Shown one piece after another: positions 38,109 through 46,566 of a DNA stretch of 59,192 nt; position 1 is the stretch's first letter; each line of letters starts with the position of its first letter. This DNA is from Candidatus Omnitrophota bacterium (GTDB taxonomy: Bacteria > Omnitrophota > Gorgyraeia > Gygaellales > Profunditerraquicolaceae). The position numbers were made by a program, and so were the translations under genes. The stretch is from positions 1-59,192 of the forward strand of contig DAONDX010000008.1 of NCBI GenBank assembly GCA_035402765.1, written 5' to 3'. The notes beneath the pieces are model-generated. The model had not been told where the DNA came from. It did not search any database and saw only the letters and a list, made by a program, of their open reading frames with translations.

Positions 38109-38137
38109 ATTATACCTTATTCTTCTCCCTAAAACAA
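38109..38137 (-). promoter_or_regulatory. Promoter, possibly yielding a leaderless transcript
   Basis: TTGTTT-17 bp-TATAAT, with ATG only 6 nt downstream. Confidence 0.5.
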
Positions 38138-38143
38138 CCTGAG

Positions 38144-38323
38144 TTAGCCAAAAAACTTATCGCCTTTAGCCCAGTTCTCACCGCTAACTTCATCAATCAC
38201 CAGATAAAGGCTATCTTTGGATTTACCCGCTACTTTTAATAAGGTATCTGAGAATTCTTTGGCGATTTTTTCTTTTTGATCTTTACTCAACTTACCCACT
38301 AACTTTAGATTAATATACGGCAT
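38144..38323 (-). CDS. 4-oxalocrotonate tautomerase family protein (start moved to MPYINL)
   Basis: N-terminal (M)P catalytic Pro, LSKDQKEKIA, VIDEVSGENWAKG; AGGAGG RBS. Confidence 0.88.
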   Translation of the reverse strand: MPYINLKLVGKLSKDQKEKIAKEFSDTLLKVAGKSKDSLYLVIDEVSGENWAKGDKFFG

Positions 38324-38378
38324 CTTAGCCTCCTTGCGCAGAAGCGCATACCGGCGCAAATCCTTTTAGCGTCGGGTA

Positions 38379-38978
38379 CTATTTTGAAATCAAGAAAATT
38401 CCTACTTGCGCAAACAGGTTACGTAAAAACGGGATTTTATGATTCTCACCGATACAAACCTGCCGCTCAATAGTAATATTTTTTGTGTGGCAATATTTCT
38501 TAAAATCAAAGATGCTTAAAAAATGCAGGTTAGGCGTCTCATACCACTGATAAGGAAGCGCCCCGGTTACCGGAGCCCGGCCGTGGAAAAGCATCTGCAG
38601 CCTGGATTTATAATGCGCGAAGTTAGGAAAACCGACGATTACTTTTTTCCCCACGCGCAAAGCATCAGTAAGCACTTTATCTACGCGCAGGATCTGCTGC
38701 ATGCTTTGATTAAGTACAACATAATCAAAAGATTTATCGGCAAATTCGGCTAACCCGCTGTCAATATCGCCGTGAAAAACATTTAACCCCTTAGCTACGC
38801 ACTTATAAATTGCCTGGTCGTCAATCTCAATACCTTGCCCGCGGATCTTTTTCTGCTTAATTAAAAGGTATAAGAGATCCCCGTTACCGCAGCCTAAATC
38901 TAACACGCTGGCTTGCGGCTCAATCAAATCCAAGATTACCGAATGGTCTAATTGAATTTCTTTACGCGCCGTATTCAC
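38379..38978 (-). CDS. metW: Methionine biosynthesis protein MetW
   Basis: [39 protein letters not shown]; follows metX. Confidence 0.92.
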   Translation of the reverse strand: MNTARKEIQLDHSVILDLIEPQASVLDLGCGNGDLLYLLIKQKKIRGQGIEIDDQAIYKCVAKGLNVFHGDIDSGLAEFADKSFDYVVLNQSMQQILRVDKVLTDALRVGKKVIVGFPNFAHYKSRLQMLFHGRAPVTGALPYQWYETPNLHFLSIFDFKKYCHTKNITIERQVCIGENHKIPFLRNLFAQVGIFLISK

Positions 38979-40122
38979 CCGTCACCTCATAAGCATAAAA
39001 CACTTTTTTAAGAAAGTGCTTAATTAAATGCGATTCTTCTTCAACCTCAAGCAGAAAAGCATCATGTCCATAAGTAGAATCAACCTCGCAATAAGTCGTC
39101 TCTATCCCCGCCAGCTTACAGGCCTTGACTATCTCTTTGGACTGATAAGCCGGATATAGCCAATCCGATTTAAAAGAAATAACCAAAACTTTAGCTGAAA
39201 CCCCCCGCAGAACCTCCGAGAGCGGGCGTCCGGCAGAAGCATCGAAATTATCCATTGCTTTGGTAATGTAAAGATAGGAATTGGCGTCAAAGCGTTTTAC
39301 GAAATTATCGCCGCGGTAACGCAAATACCCCTCTACCTCAAAATCCGCGGTAAATTTAAAAGGCTCACCCGCTTCTTTCTTCTGCCGGCCAAACTTTTCA
39401 GCCATGGATTTATCGCTCATGTACGTAATATGGCCGATCATCCTGGCTACCGCCAGGCCCTTACTAGGGGCAATACCAGCATAATAGTTTCCGGACTGCC
39501 AATTCTCATCAGCCATAATTGACTGCCTGCCTACTTCATTAAAAGCGATCTGCTGCGGCGAATGCTTAATGGTAGTGGCAATCGGTACCGCGCTGGCTAC
39601 ATTTTTAGGATAATTAACCAACCAGGATAAAACTTGCAACCCGCCCATCGACCCGCCGACTACCGATAATAATTTTTCTATACCCAAATGATCAATCAAA
39701 CGTTTCTGGGCATTAACAATGTCGTTGATAGAAATTAAAGGAAAATCTAAAGCGTAAGGCTTATTAGTTTTAGGATTAATACTGGACGGTCCGGTTGAAC
39801 CTTTACAGCCTCCCAGAACATTGGAACAAATAATAAAATACCTATCCGTATCAAAAGCTTTACCCGGCCCGATAAACGCATCCCACCAACCAGGATTATC
39901 CTGGCCGGCGTGGACTCCGGCAGCATGCGCATCTCCGGTAAGAGCATGCGTAATTAAAACCGCGTTGGTTTTTTCTTTATTTAAAGTACCATATGTTTCA
40001 TAAGCTAAGGTTACCGGGCCGAATTTCTCTCCGCTCTCAAGCTTAAAGATATCAAAAGCGAAAACTTGGGGCTGTACGATACCAACCTCATTATTCTGAA
40101 TTATATTTTTTTCTTTATTCAT
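38962..40122 (-). CDS. metX: Homoserine O-acetyltransferase
   Basis: [39 protein letters not shown]. Confidence 0.94.
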   Translation of the reverse strand: MNKEKNIIQNNEVGIVQPQVFAFDIFKLESGEKFGPVTLAYETYGTLNKEKTNAVLITHALTGDAHAAGVHAGQDNPGWWDAFIGPGKAFDTDRYFIICSNVLGGCKGSTGPSSINPKTNKPYALDFPLISINDIVNAQKRLIDHLGIEKLLSVVGGSMGGLQVLSWLVNYPKNVASAVPIATTIKHSPQQIAFNEVGRQSIMADENWQSGNYYAGIAPSKGLAVARMIGHITYMSDKSMAEKFGRQKKEAGEPFKFTADFEVEGYLRYRGDNFVKRFDANSYLYITKAMDNFDASAGRPLSEVLRGVSAKVLVISFKSDWLYPAYQSKEIVKACKLAGIETTYCEVDSTYGHDAFLLEVEEESHLIKHFLKKVFYAYEVTGEYGA

Positions 40123-41054
40123 GTTTTTACCTCTTGAAAAAGCCAGGTCGTTAGATACCGCTCACCGGTATCCGGAAGAATAACCACGATAATTTTTCCT
40201 TTATTTTCTTTACGCTTAGCTACTTCTAAAGCTGCCCACAAAGCCGCCCCTCCTGAAATACCGGCCAAGATCCCTTCAGATTTAGCCAGCGCCCGGGCAC
40301 AATCGCCGGCATTATCATTAGCCACCCGGATTACTTCATCAATAATCTCCCGGTTTAAAACTTGGGGGATAAAACCTGCTCCGAGGCCCTGAATTTTATG
40401 CGGGCCGGGCTTTTCTCCGGACAACACCGCAGAAGCAGCGGGCTCAACCGCAATGACCTTAAAAGACGGCCGCCGCTTCTTAATTACCTCCGCAATCCCG
40501 GTAATTGTTCCTCCGGTACCGACTCCGGCTACCAAAATATCTACTTTTCCATCAGTATCACTCCAAATTTCTTCAGCTGTAGTCTTACGATGTATTCCGG
40601 GATTAGCCGGATTATTAAACTGCTGCAGAATGACCGCATTCGGAGTTTTTTTTGCCAACTCTTCGGCTTTATTAACTGCCCCCCGCATCCCTTCTGCGCC
40701 CGGGGTTAATACTAATTGCGCACCGAAAATCGCCAGAAGCTGTCTTCTTTCAATACTCATTGTATCCGGCATAGTCAAAATCAATTTATAACCTTTAGCC
40801 GCAGCCACAAATGCCAAAGCCACCCCGGTATTACCGCTAGTCGGCTCAATAATAGTACTATTCTTTTTAAGTACCCCTCTTTTTTCCGCATCTTCGATCA
40901 TAGCTACGCCGATACGATCTTTAACGCTGGAAAGCGGATTAAATGATTCTATCTTCACTAATATTGTAGCTTCCAAACCTACAGCCATGCGATTTATTTT
41001 TACTAATGGCGTATGACCTACGGTTTTAGTAATATCCGAAAATATTTTGGACAT
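40119..41054 (-). CDS. cysK: Cysteine synthase A
   Basis: [11 protein letters not shown] (PLP Lys), [40 protein letters not shown]. Confidence 0.95.
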   Translation of the reverse strand: MSKIFSDITKTVGHTPLVKINRMAVGLEATILVKIESFNPLSSVKDRIGVAMIEDAEKRGVLKKNSTIIEPTSGNTGVALAFVAAAKGYKLILTMPDTMSIERRQLLAIFGAQLVLTPGAEGMRGAVNKAEELAKKTPNAVILQQFNNPANPGIHRKTTAEEIWSDTDGKVDILVAGVGTGGTITGIAEVIKKRRPSFKVIAVEPAASAVLSGEKPGPHKIQGLGAGFIPQVLNREIIDEVIRVANDNAGDCARALAKSEGILAGISGGAALWAALEVAKRKENKGKIIVVILPDTGERYLTTWLFQEVKT

Positions 41055-41064
41055 ATTATCAACC

Positions 41065-42357
41065 TTAAACCTTTCCTAATGCCTGCTCTAGATCCGCAGT
41101 AATATCATCGATGTGTTCGATGCCTATTGATAAACGGATAAAATCCGGCGTTACACCGGTAGCCAGCTGCTCCTGCGTCGATAACTGCTGATGCGTAGTT
41201 GTTGCCGGATGGATCGCCAGGCTTTTAGCATCGCCAATATTAGCCAAATGCGAGATCAGCTCCAAAGAATCAATAAATTTCCTGCCTGCAACCAAACCGC
41301 CCTGAATACCAAACCCTAAAATAGCACCAGCTCCTTTGGGCAAATATTTTTTTACTTTATCTTTTTCCGGACTGTCATCTAAACCCGGATAGTTTACCCA
41401 AGCAACTTTAGGATGTTTCTTTAAAAACTTAGCCACTGCTAAAGCATTTTCAGAATGCTTGAGCATCCTTAAAGCCAAAGTTTCCAAACCCTGCAAAAAT
41501 AAAAAGGAGTTAAACGGAGACACTACCGGACCTAGATCACGTAATAAACAAACCCGGGCCTTAGTAATGTAAGCGATATTACCTAAAGGTTTTAGAGCTT
41601 CTACAAAATTAATTCCATGATAACTCGGATCCGGACCTGCAATTAATGGGAACTTACCATTGGCCCAATCAAATTTACCGGAGTCGACAATAACGCCGCC
41701 CAAGCTTGTCCCATGTCCGCCAATAAACTTAGTGGCAGAATAAACTACAATATCTACACCATGGTCAATCGGTCTCAACAAATAAGGAGAAACCGTGTTA
41801 TCTAAAATAAAAGGAACGCCGTTTTTACGGGCAATTTTAGATATACCTGTCAAATCCGCTACATTTAATTTAGGATTACCGACCGACTCAGCATACACGG
41901 CTTTAGTCTTAGAAGTAATGGCTTTTTCCAAGGCTGCCAGGTCGTTAGATGGAACAAAGTTAACCTTTATTCCTAATCGCGCGAAGGTATAATGAAAAAG
42001 ATTATACGTACCACCGTAAAGATTATCCGCAGATACAATTTCATCACCGGCACAAGCAAGATTAAGTAAGGCCAGCGTGATGGCTGACTGTCCGCTGGAT
42101 ACCGCTAAAGCCCCGATCCCGCCATCTAGCAATGCTACCCTCTTCTCGAATACATCGGTAGTCGGATTAGAAAGCCTTCCGTAAATATTCCCGAATTCAC
42201 GTAAGCCAAAAAGATTGGCCGCATGTTCAGTATTCTTAAACTGGTAGGCTACCGTCTGATAGATCGGAACCGCCCTTGATCCAGTCACCGGATCCGGCTC
42301 CTGACCACCGTGCAAAAGCAAAGATTCTAATTTTAATTTACTGTCGATTTTAGTCAT
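41065..42357 (-). CDS. metY: O-acetylhomoserine/O-acetylserine sulfhydrylase (MetY/MET17)
   Basis: [44 protein letters not shown]. Confidence 0.93.
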   Translation of the reverse strand: MTKIDSKLKLESLLLHGGQEPDPVTGSRAVPIYQTVAYQFKNTEHAANLFGLREFGNIYGRLSNPTTDVFEKRVALLDGGIGALAVSSGQSAITLALLNLACAGDEIVSADNLYGGTYNLFHYTFARLGIKVNFVPSNDLAALEKAITSKTKAVYAESVGNPKLNVADLTGISKIARKNGVPFILDNTVSPYLLRPIDHGVDIVVYSATKFIGGHGTSLGGVIVDSGKFDWANGKFPLIAGPDPSYHGINFVEALKPLGNIAYITKARVCLLRDLGPVVSPFNSFLFLQGLETLALRMLKHSENALAVAKFLKKHPKVAWVNYPGLDDSPEKDKVKKYLPKGAGAILGFGIQGGLVAGRKFIDSLELISHLANIGDAKSLAIHPATTTHQQLSTQEQLATGVTPDFIRLSIGIEHIDDITADLEQALGKV

Positions 42358-42377
42358 TTATCTTGCCCTCTCCATGA

Positions 42378-42818
42378 TTAAATTGTGTAAATCGGCGCAT
42401 CCTGCTTCTTATCAATTTGGCTGACCAGGTCGGCAAAATTAATTTTATCAATTATACCCGAAGTTGCCAGCGCCACCTTTTGCCAAATGTTTTTAAAAAC
42501 ACACCTGCGCAAATCAGTACAATTAGAATACCCTTTTTCCACGCAGCCAATCGGTTCGATCGGGCCGTCAATATACCGGATCACCTGCCCCAAAGTAATT
42601 TCTGCCGGATCCTTAGCTAACTGGTAACCGCCGACATTACCGCGCTTACTTTCCACAAAACCGCCTTTTTTCAGGTCTAAAAGCACCTGCTCTAAAAATT
42701 TTACCGGGGCATCAATATGTTTAGCCACATCATTGATCGTCAATAAGCCTTTTTCATAATTTAAGGCCAGGTCTAAAAGTGCTTTTAAAGCATAGTCGCC
42801 TTTATAAGTAATTTTCAT
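42378..42818 (-). CDS. Rrf2 family transcriptional regulator (start moved to MKITYKG)
   Basis: MKITYKGDYALKAL, FLEQVLLDLKKGGFVESKRGNVGGYQL, Cys triad C-x7-C-x5-C. Confidence 0.93.
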   Translation of the reverse strand: MKITYKGDYALKALLDLALNYEKGLLTINDVAKHIDAPVKFLEQVLLDLKKGGFVESKRGNVGGYQLAKDPAEITLGQVIRYIDGPIEPIGCVEKGYSNCTDLRRCVFKNIWQKVALATSGIIDKINFADLVSQIDKKQDAPIYTI

Positions 42819-42831
42819 TTTATTCTCCACT

Positions 42832-42863
42832 TACACTACTATCTCTATCAACATAGTAGAGTA
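42832..42863. promoter_or_regulatory. Candidate Rrf2 operator
   Basis: TACACTACTAT-N10-ATAGTAGAGTA inverted repeat (10/11) overlapping the -10 and transcription start. Confidence 0.65.
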
Positions 42864-42887
42864 TAACCTAAAAAAAATTATTGTCAA
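42860..42887 (-). promoter_or_regulatory. Promoter of the Rrf2-met/cys operon
   Basis: TTGACA-16 bp-TATACT. Confidence 0.7.
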
Positions 42888-42903
42888 GTAAATATTTCAA
42901 ATT

Positions 42904-45099
42904 TTAAAGGTTATCCAAATCCAGCAATTCCTTCCGGATATTTTCATATTCACCCGTATCTACAGATCTATATATTTCCTGCGCCTTGCGCCAGTATTCC
43001 CGGGCTAGGTTTTTCCTCCCTCTCTTCTTATATAACAAACCCAGGTTATAGTTCGCATTCGCCAAGTCCAGGCGGCTTTCAATCTGGCTAGCCAGCCCGA
43101 TTGATTGTTTAAAATAATCTTCGGCTTTTTCTAAATCATCAATTTCCAGATAAAGCTCTCCGATCATATTGAGCCCGCAGGCCAAATTTACTTTATTGTT
43201 ATGCTGTTGGTCTAATTTTAATCCCTTTGAATAATAATTTAAGGCGCTTTGGTACTGTTTTTGAAATAAGCAGATCTCTCCTAAATTAAAATAGCAATCA
43301 CTTAGTTCGTTATTCAATTTTAGCTTTTCGAATAGTTTTAAACTCTTACCGTAGAAATTTTTGGCTGCTTCATAATCATTCTTATTGGCAAAAACCAAAC
43401 CAATATCGAAATAATCACAGGCTAGATTCTTAATATTTTCATATTTATTCGGGTAATCCAGGTTAATGGCAACGCTCTTAGTTAACAAATCTAAAGCCTG
43501 ATCATAGTTGCCTTTATCGATATACCATACCGCTAATTTTCTCAAAGCCAAAGCCCGGTTTTGCTTATTGGGTAATTGTCTGCTTAAATTTATAGCTTTC
43601 TCATACAGCTCCTTAGCTTTTTCAAACTGCCCGTCATTCTGATAAAACCAACCTAATTTAATATATGCCTGAACAAGATGGGCCTGATTGTTAAACTTCT
43701 CGCTTTTAAAGACATAATCAAAATAATATTTGAGCGCTTTTTCCTTATTGCCCATACGCTCATAGGCATTTGCTATGATCGGATAAATTCCCAGATAATC
43801 CTGATCTTCATTAATTATCTGACGGCCTAAATCTATTACTTTCTGGTTATTGCCTTGGCGGTACTCTGAAGAAGCCTGAAGGAACAAATAAAGTTTAGTC
43901 GGGTTAATCTTGGGTAGCCAAAAGGCTAGAAAAATCAATACTCCCATAAAAATTAACGCTAAACCAATTTTCTGAGCGGCTTTTTTATAGATTAATTTCG
44001 CCTTAATTTTCGATTCTTTAGAATGCCCGAGCCGGAAAAAAATAAAACCGGGATCTCCATAAAGCAAATAATTTACCCAGTGTAAACTGGCCAGCCCTTC
44101 CTCTTTAACCAGCTTTAGCCTGGCTAACCGTAAAGACTCCCCCAGGCTTATTCCCGAAATAAGCCGAAAATAAAATTCCCGGGCAAATATCAAGCTGGCT
44201 TTATCTTCAATTTTACGGATCGCCCCTACATAATGCCTTACCCCGGCAAACAAAAAAGCACTGGCCATACCGTAATTAGTCCGTTGATATTCTGAATCGA
44301 TTAAAGCCGGGTTCACTTGCGCAGAATTGCAGGCATTAGAAAATACCAAGGCTGGCAGGGAACAACTTTGCCCCATCTTAAGTATGTCATCTGTCTTAAA
44401 AACCCCATCGCTTAATACCCAGCCGCATTCATTAATCTGGGACTTATCAAACTCACAATGACCGGCAAAATGCACAATATCGTAATCACAGATATTTTTC
44501 TTCACATAGTGCTTACCGATGTTAGTCGATTTAAAATCCAACTGAACTCTACGAGTTTTATGACTAAATTGATTTTTTATGTTTAAACCTTCAAGATAGG
44601 CGGATTTTAAATCACCGTTGGGATCGGCTAAAACCAGCATCTTTAAACTATCCGTTAAATTACGGTACTGCGGCGCGGTAGATTCACCTTTGCTGCGGAC
44701 TAACCTGCCCAGGCTAAATTTTAAACCTAAAAAATTTTCACCGTCGAAAATCAGCTCCCAGGGGATATGGATTAGCTCTTCATCTAAAAAGAGAGTTAAC
44801 GCGCAGGACTGGCTCTCCTTCAACTTTGTTTTAATTGAACGGCTCAGTAACTGATCCCAGAATAACTGGCCGGTTTTTTGCAGGTTCTTTAGCTGTTGCA
44901 GCTTAGATACCTGGTCTTTTGGTGAACAGTTTAAAACTCCCACCATCTCCAGGCTTAATTGTTTTAACTCGGCATAAGAAACCCCCACCTGGCTATAATG
45001 GCGCAAGGTGGGGGCGGTTTGCCCCTGATTAAACAGGCCCATTTTAAGCGAATCATCTTGTTGAAAAACTTCCAAGATTAGCGGATCAGGATGAAACAT
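42904..45099 (-). CDS. CHAT (caspase/HetF-like) protease + single TM helix + TPR array
   Basis: IPWEL, VHFAGH (His214), FSNACNS (Cys257), WVNYLLYGDP; TM about aa 378-395; many TPRs to the C-terminus. Confidence 0.9.
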   Translation of the reverse strand: MFHPDPLILEVFQQDDSLKMGLFNQGQTAPTLRHYSQVGVSYAELKQLSLEMVGVLNCSPKDQVSKLQQLKNLQKTGQLFWDQLLSRSIKTKLKESQSCALTLFLDEELIHIPWELIFDGENFLGLKFSLGRLVRSKGESTAPQYRNLTDSLKMLVLADPNGDLKSAYLEGLNIKNQFSHKTRRVQLDFKSTNIGKHYVKKNICDYDIVHFAGHCEFDKSQINECGWVLSDGVFKTDDILKMGQSCSLPALVFSNACNSAQVNPALIDSEYQRTNYGMASAFLFAGVRHYVGAIRKIEDKASLIFAREFYFRLISGISLGESLRLARLKLVKEEGLASLHWVNYLLYGDPGFIFFRLGHSKESKIKAKLIYKKAAQKIGLALIFMGVLIFLAFWLPKINPTKLYLFLQASSEYRQGNNQKVIDLGRQIINEDQDYLGIYPIIANAYERMGNKEKALKYYFDYVFKSEKFNNQAHLVQAYIKLGWFYQNDGQFEKAKELYEKAINLSRQLPNKQNRALALRKLAVWYIDKGNYDQALDLLTKSVAINLDYPNKYENIKNLACDYFDIGLVFANKNDYEAAKNFYGKSLKLFEKLKLNNELSDCYFNLGEICLFQKQYQSALNYYSKGLKLDQQHNNKVNLACGLNMIGELYLEIDDLEKAEDYFKQSIGLASQIESRLDLANANYNLGLLYKKRGRKNLAREYWRKAQEIYRSVDTGEYENIRKELLDLDNL

Positions 45100-45102
45100 A
45101 AA

Positions 45103-45807
45103 TTAGACCTTAACTTTTAAATCAATTACTGCCTCTCTTTGGCCTTGGCGGCTGACCTCGACTATATAATCGCCCGGTAGGACATTTTCAAAGAAACAAT
45201 CCCCGGAATCATTAACATAAGATTCCAGCTCCAGGCCTTCCTTAATTAAGGTAATCCGTAAATTTTTATCAATTTTCTGGCTTTGCTTGTCTTTGACCGT
45301 AATCGTCAAATTAAAACTCTGCGCGGATTTATTCTGAATTTTAGCTAATATCCTGATTTGCTGCAGGTCTTTTAGAATACTTATCTCTTCCTTAAACTCA
45401 TTGATCTTACGGCTACGCAGCACCGGAGCAGGCACCAGCTCCTGGCCAAGCAACACATCTCCGCTAGTCTGGATAATTTCCAAAGCTTTTTCTTTAAGCT
45501 TAATGAATATTTCTAATAAATTATCACGCCTATCCTGGCCGACTAACGCCTGGATCTTCTCAAGCAGCTGAGCAGGCACATCTAAACTTAAATGCGTCTG
45601 GATCTTAAGCTGGGTGGTTAAATACTCCGCACATAAATCGCAGCTTACTAAGTGCTTATGAATTAAATCTTTTTCGGGCAAAGAAAGCTTATCCTCAAGA
45701 AAACAAACCAGATCATCGGCATCCGGATGATCTTGGCCTTTAAAAAGGTGATCCGCCTTCCATTCCCGGTAAATATTTTTAACGATCTGCGCAAAATGAT
45801 CAGACAT
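45103..45807 (-). CDS. Zinc-binding (ZAS/zf-HC2) anti-sigma factor with soluble C-terminal beta-rich domain (start moved to MSDHF)
   Basis: H-x24-HLVSCDLC (HxxxCxxC); no TM segment; C-terminal FENVLPGDYIVEV beta-sandwich-like motif; downstream of an ECF sigma. Confidence 0.82.
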   Translation of the reverse strand: MSDHFAQIVKNIYREWKADHLFKGQDHPDADDLVCFLEDKLSLPEKDLIHKHLVSCDLCAEYLTTQLKIQTHLSLDVPAQLLEKIQALVGQDRRDNLLEIFIKLKEKALEIIQTSGDVLLGQELVPAPVLRSRKINEFKEEISILKDLQQIRILAKIQNKSAQSFNLTITVKDKQSQKIDKNLRITLIKEGLELESYVNDSGDCFFENVLPGDYIVEVSRQGQREAVIDLKVKV

Positions 45808-45849
45808 TTTTCTCCTTCTCACCTTAATAGACGTGTCACCTGAAGTAAT

Positions 45850-46449
45850 CTAACCTAAAAATCCTTTCTTTTTAAAACATTCTTGCAATTTCTGCAATAT
45901 CCTTCCCTTACGCATATCTACGGCTCCCCGGTTAATCTTTAAATATTCCTTGATCTGGTCTAAAGTTAACCCCTGGTTTAAAAACAGCTCCAAAAAAAAC
46001 TGCTCATCAGTTCCAAGCAAGTCGATACATTCACCCAGGGTTTTACGTTTATCCTGATCATTAAGGAACTCAATTGCCCCCGGGGCCAAATCCGCTATTG
46101 TGTCTCCTAAGCTAAAACCTTCCTCATTCTGGGTATCAATGGACAAAAGCGGCTTAAGTTTACGCAAATAATCAATGGTAAAGTTAATAGTAACTTGCCT
46201 TAACCAGCTGGCCAAAGAACAACCATTCTTGCCCCGGTAAGTAGCTAATTTCTTATAATTATCCTTAATTAAGACGTGAAAAATCTCTTGGAAGATATCA
46301 TCAACCTGCTCTGCGGAAAGGCTGTGGCCCTTAACCGATAAAACGCTATAGATATAGTTATAGATAAGGCGGGAATAACGCGAGATGAATTCAGCCCAGG
46401 CCTGTTGATCACCCTTCAGGCAGCTTTGCAGAAACGCTAGATCATCCAT
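45850..46449 (-). CDS. ECF sigma factor (start probably MDDLAF at 46449; the track gives 46488)
   Basis: Region 2 DIFQEIF...SWLRQVTINFTIDYLR; region 4 HTH LTLDQIKEYLKINRGAVDMRKGRI. Confidence 0.9.
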   Translation of the reverse strand: MDDLAFLQSCLKGDQQAWAEFISRYSRLIYNYIYSVLSVKGHSLSAEQVDDIFQEIFHVLIKDNYKKLATYRGKNGCSLASWLRQVTINFTIDYLRKLKPLLSIDTQNEEGFSLGDTIADLAPGAIEFLNDQDKRKTLGECIDLLGTDEQFFLELFLNQGLTLDQIKEYLKINRGAVDMRKGRILQKLQECFKKKGFLG

Positions 46450-46499
46450 CCAGGGCATTATAATACCAAAAACCCTGGAAATAAACAAAAAATTGACAT

Positions 46500-46549
46500 A
46501 AAACAGGGGGCGCTCCCTTTCCGCTTTGGATAGAAACGCCCCCTGTTTT
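46500..46549. terminator. Intrinsic terminator after hppA (T-tracts on both strands)
   Basis: Perfect 13-bp inverted repeat AAAACAGGGGGCG/CGCCCCCTGTTTT. Confidence 0.8.
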
Positions 46550-46566
46550 GGATTAATTACTTTATA

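Noticed and set aside
38962-42900. SAM riboswitch or T-box ahead of the met/cys genes
   Set aside because: The leader is too short and lacks the consensus motifs; the Rrf2 operator explains the regulation better.
42904-46488. Type III-E CRISPR (Craspase) locus
   Set aside because: No gRAMP/Cas7-11, cas1/cas2 or repeat-spacer array is in the window, and the CHAT protein is N-terminal and membrane-anchored, unlike Csx29.
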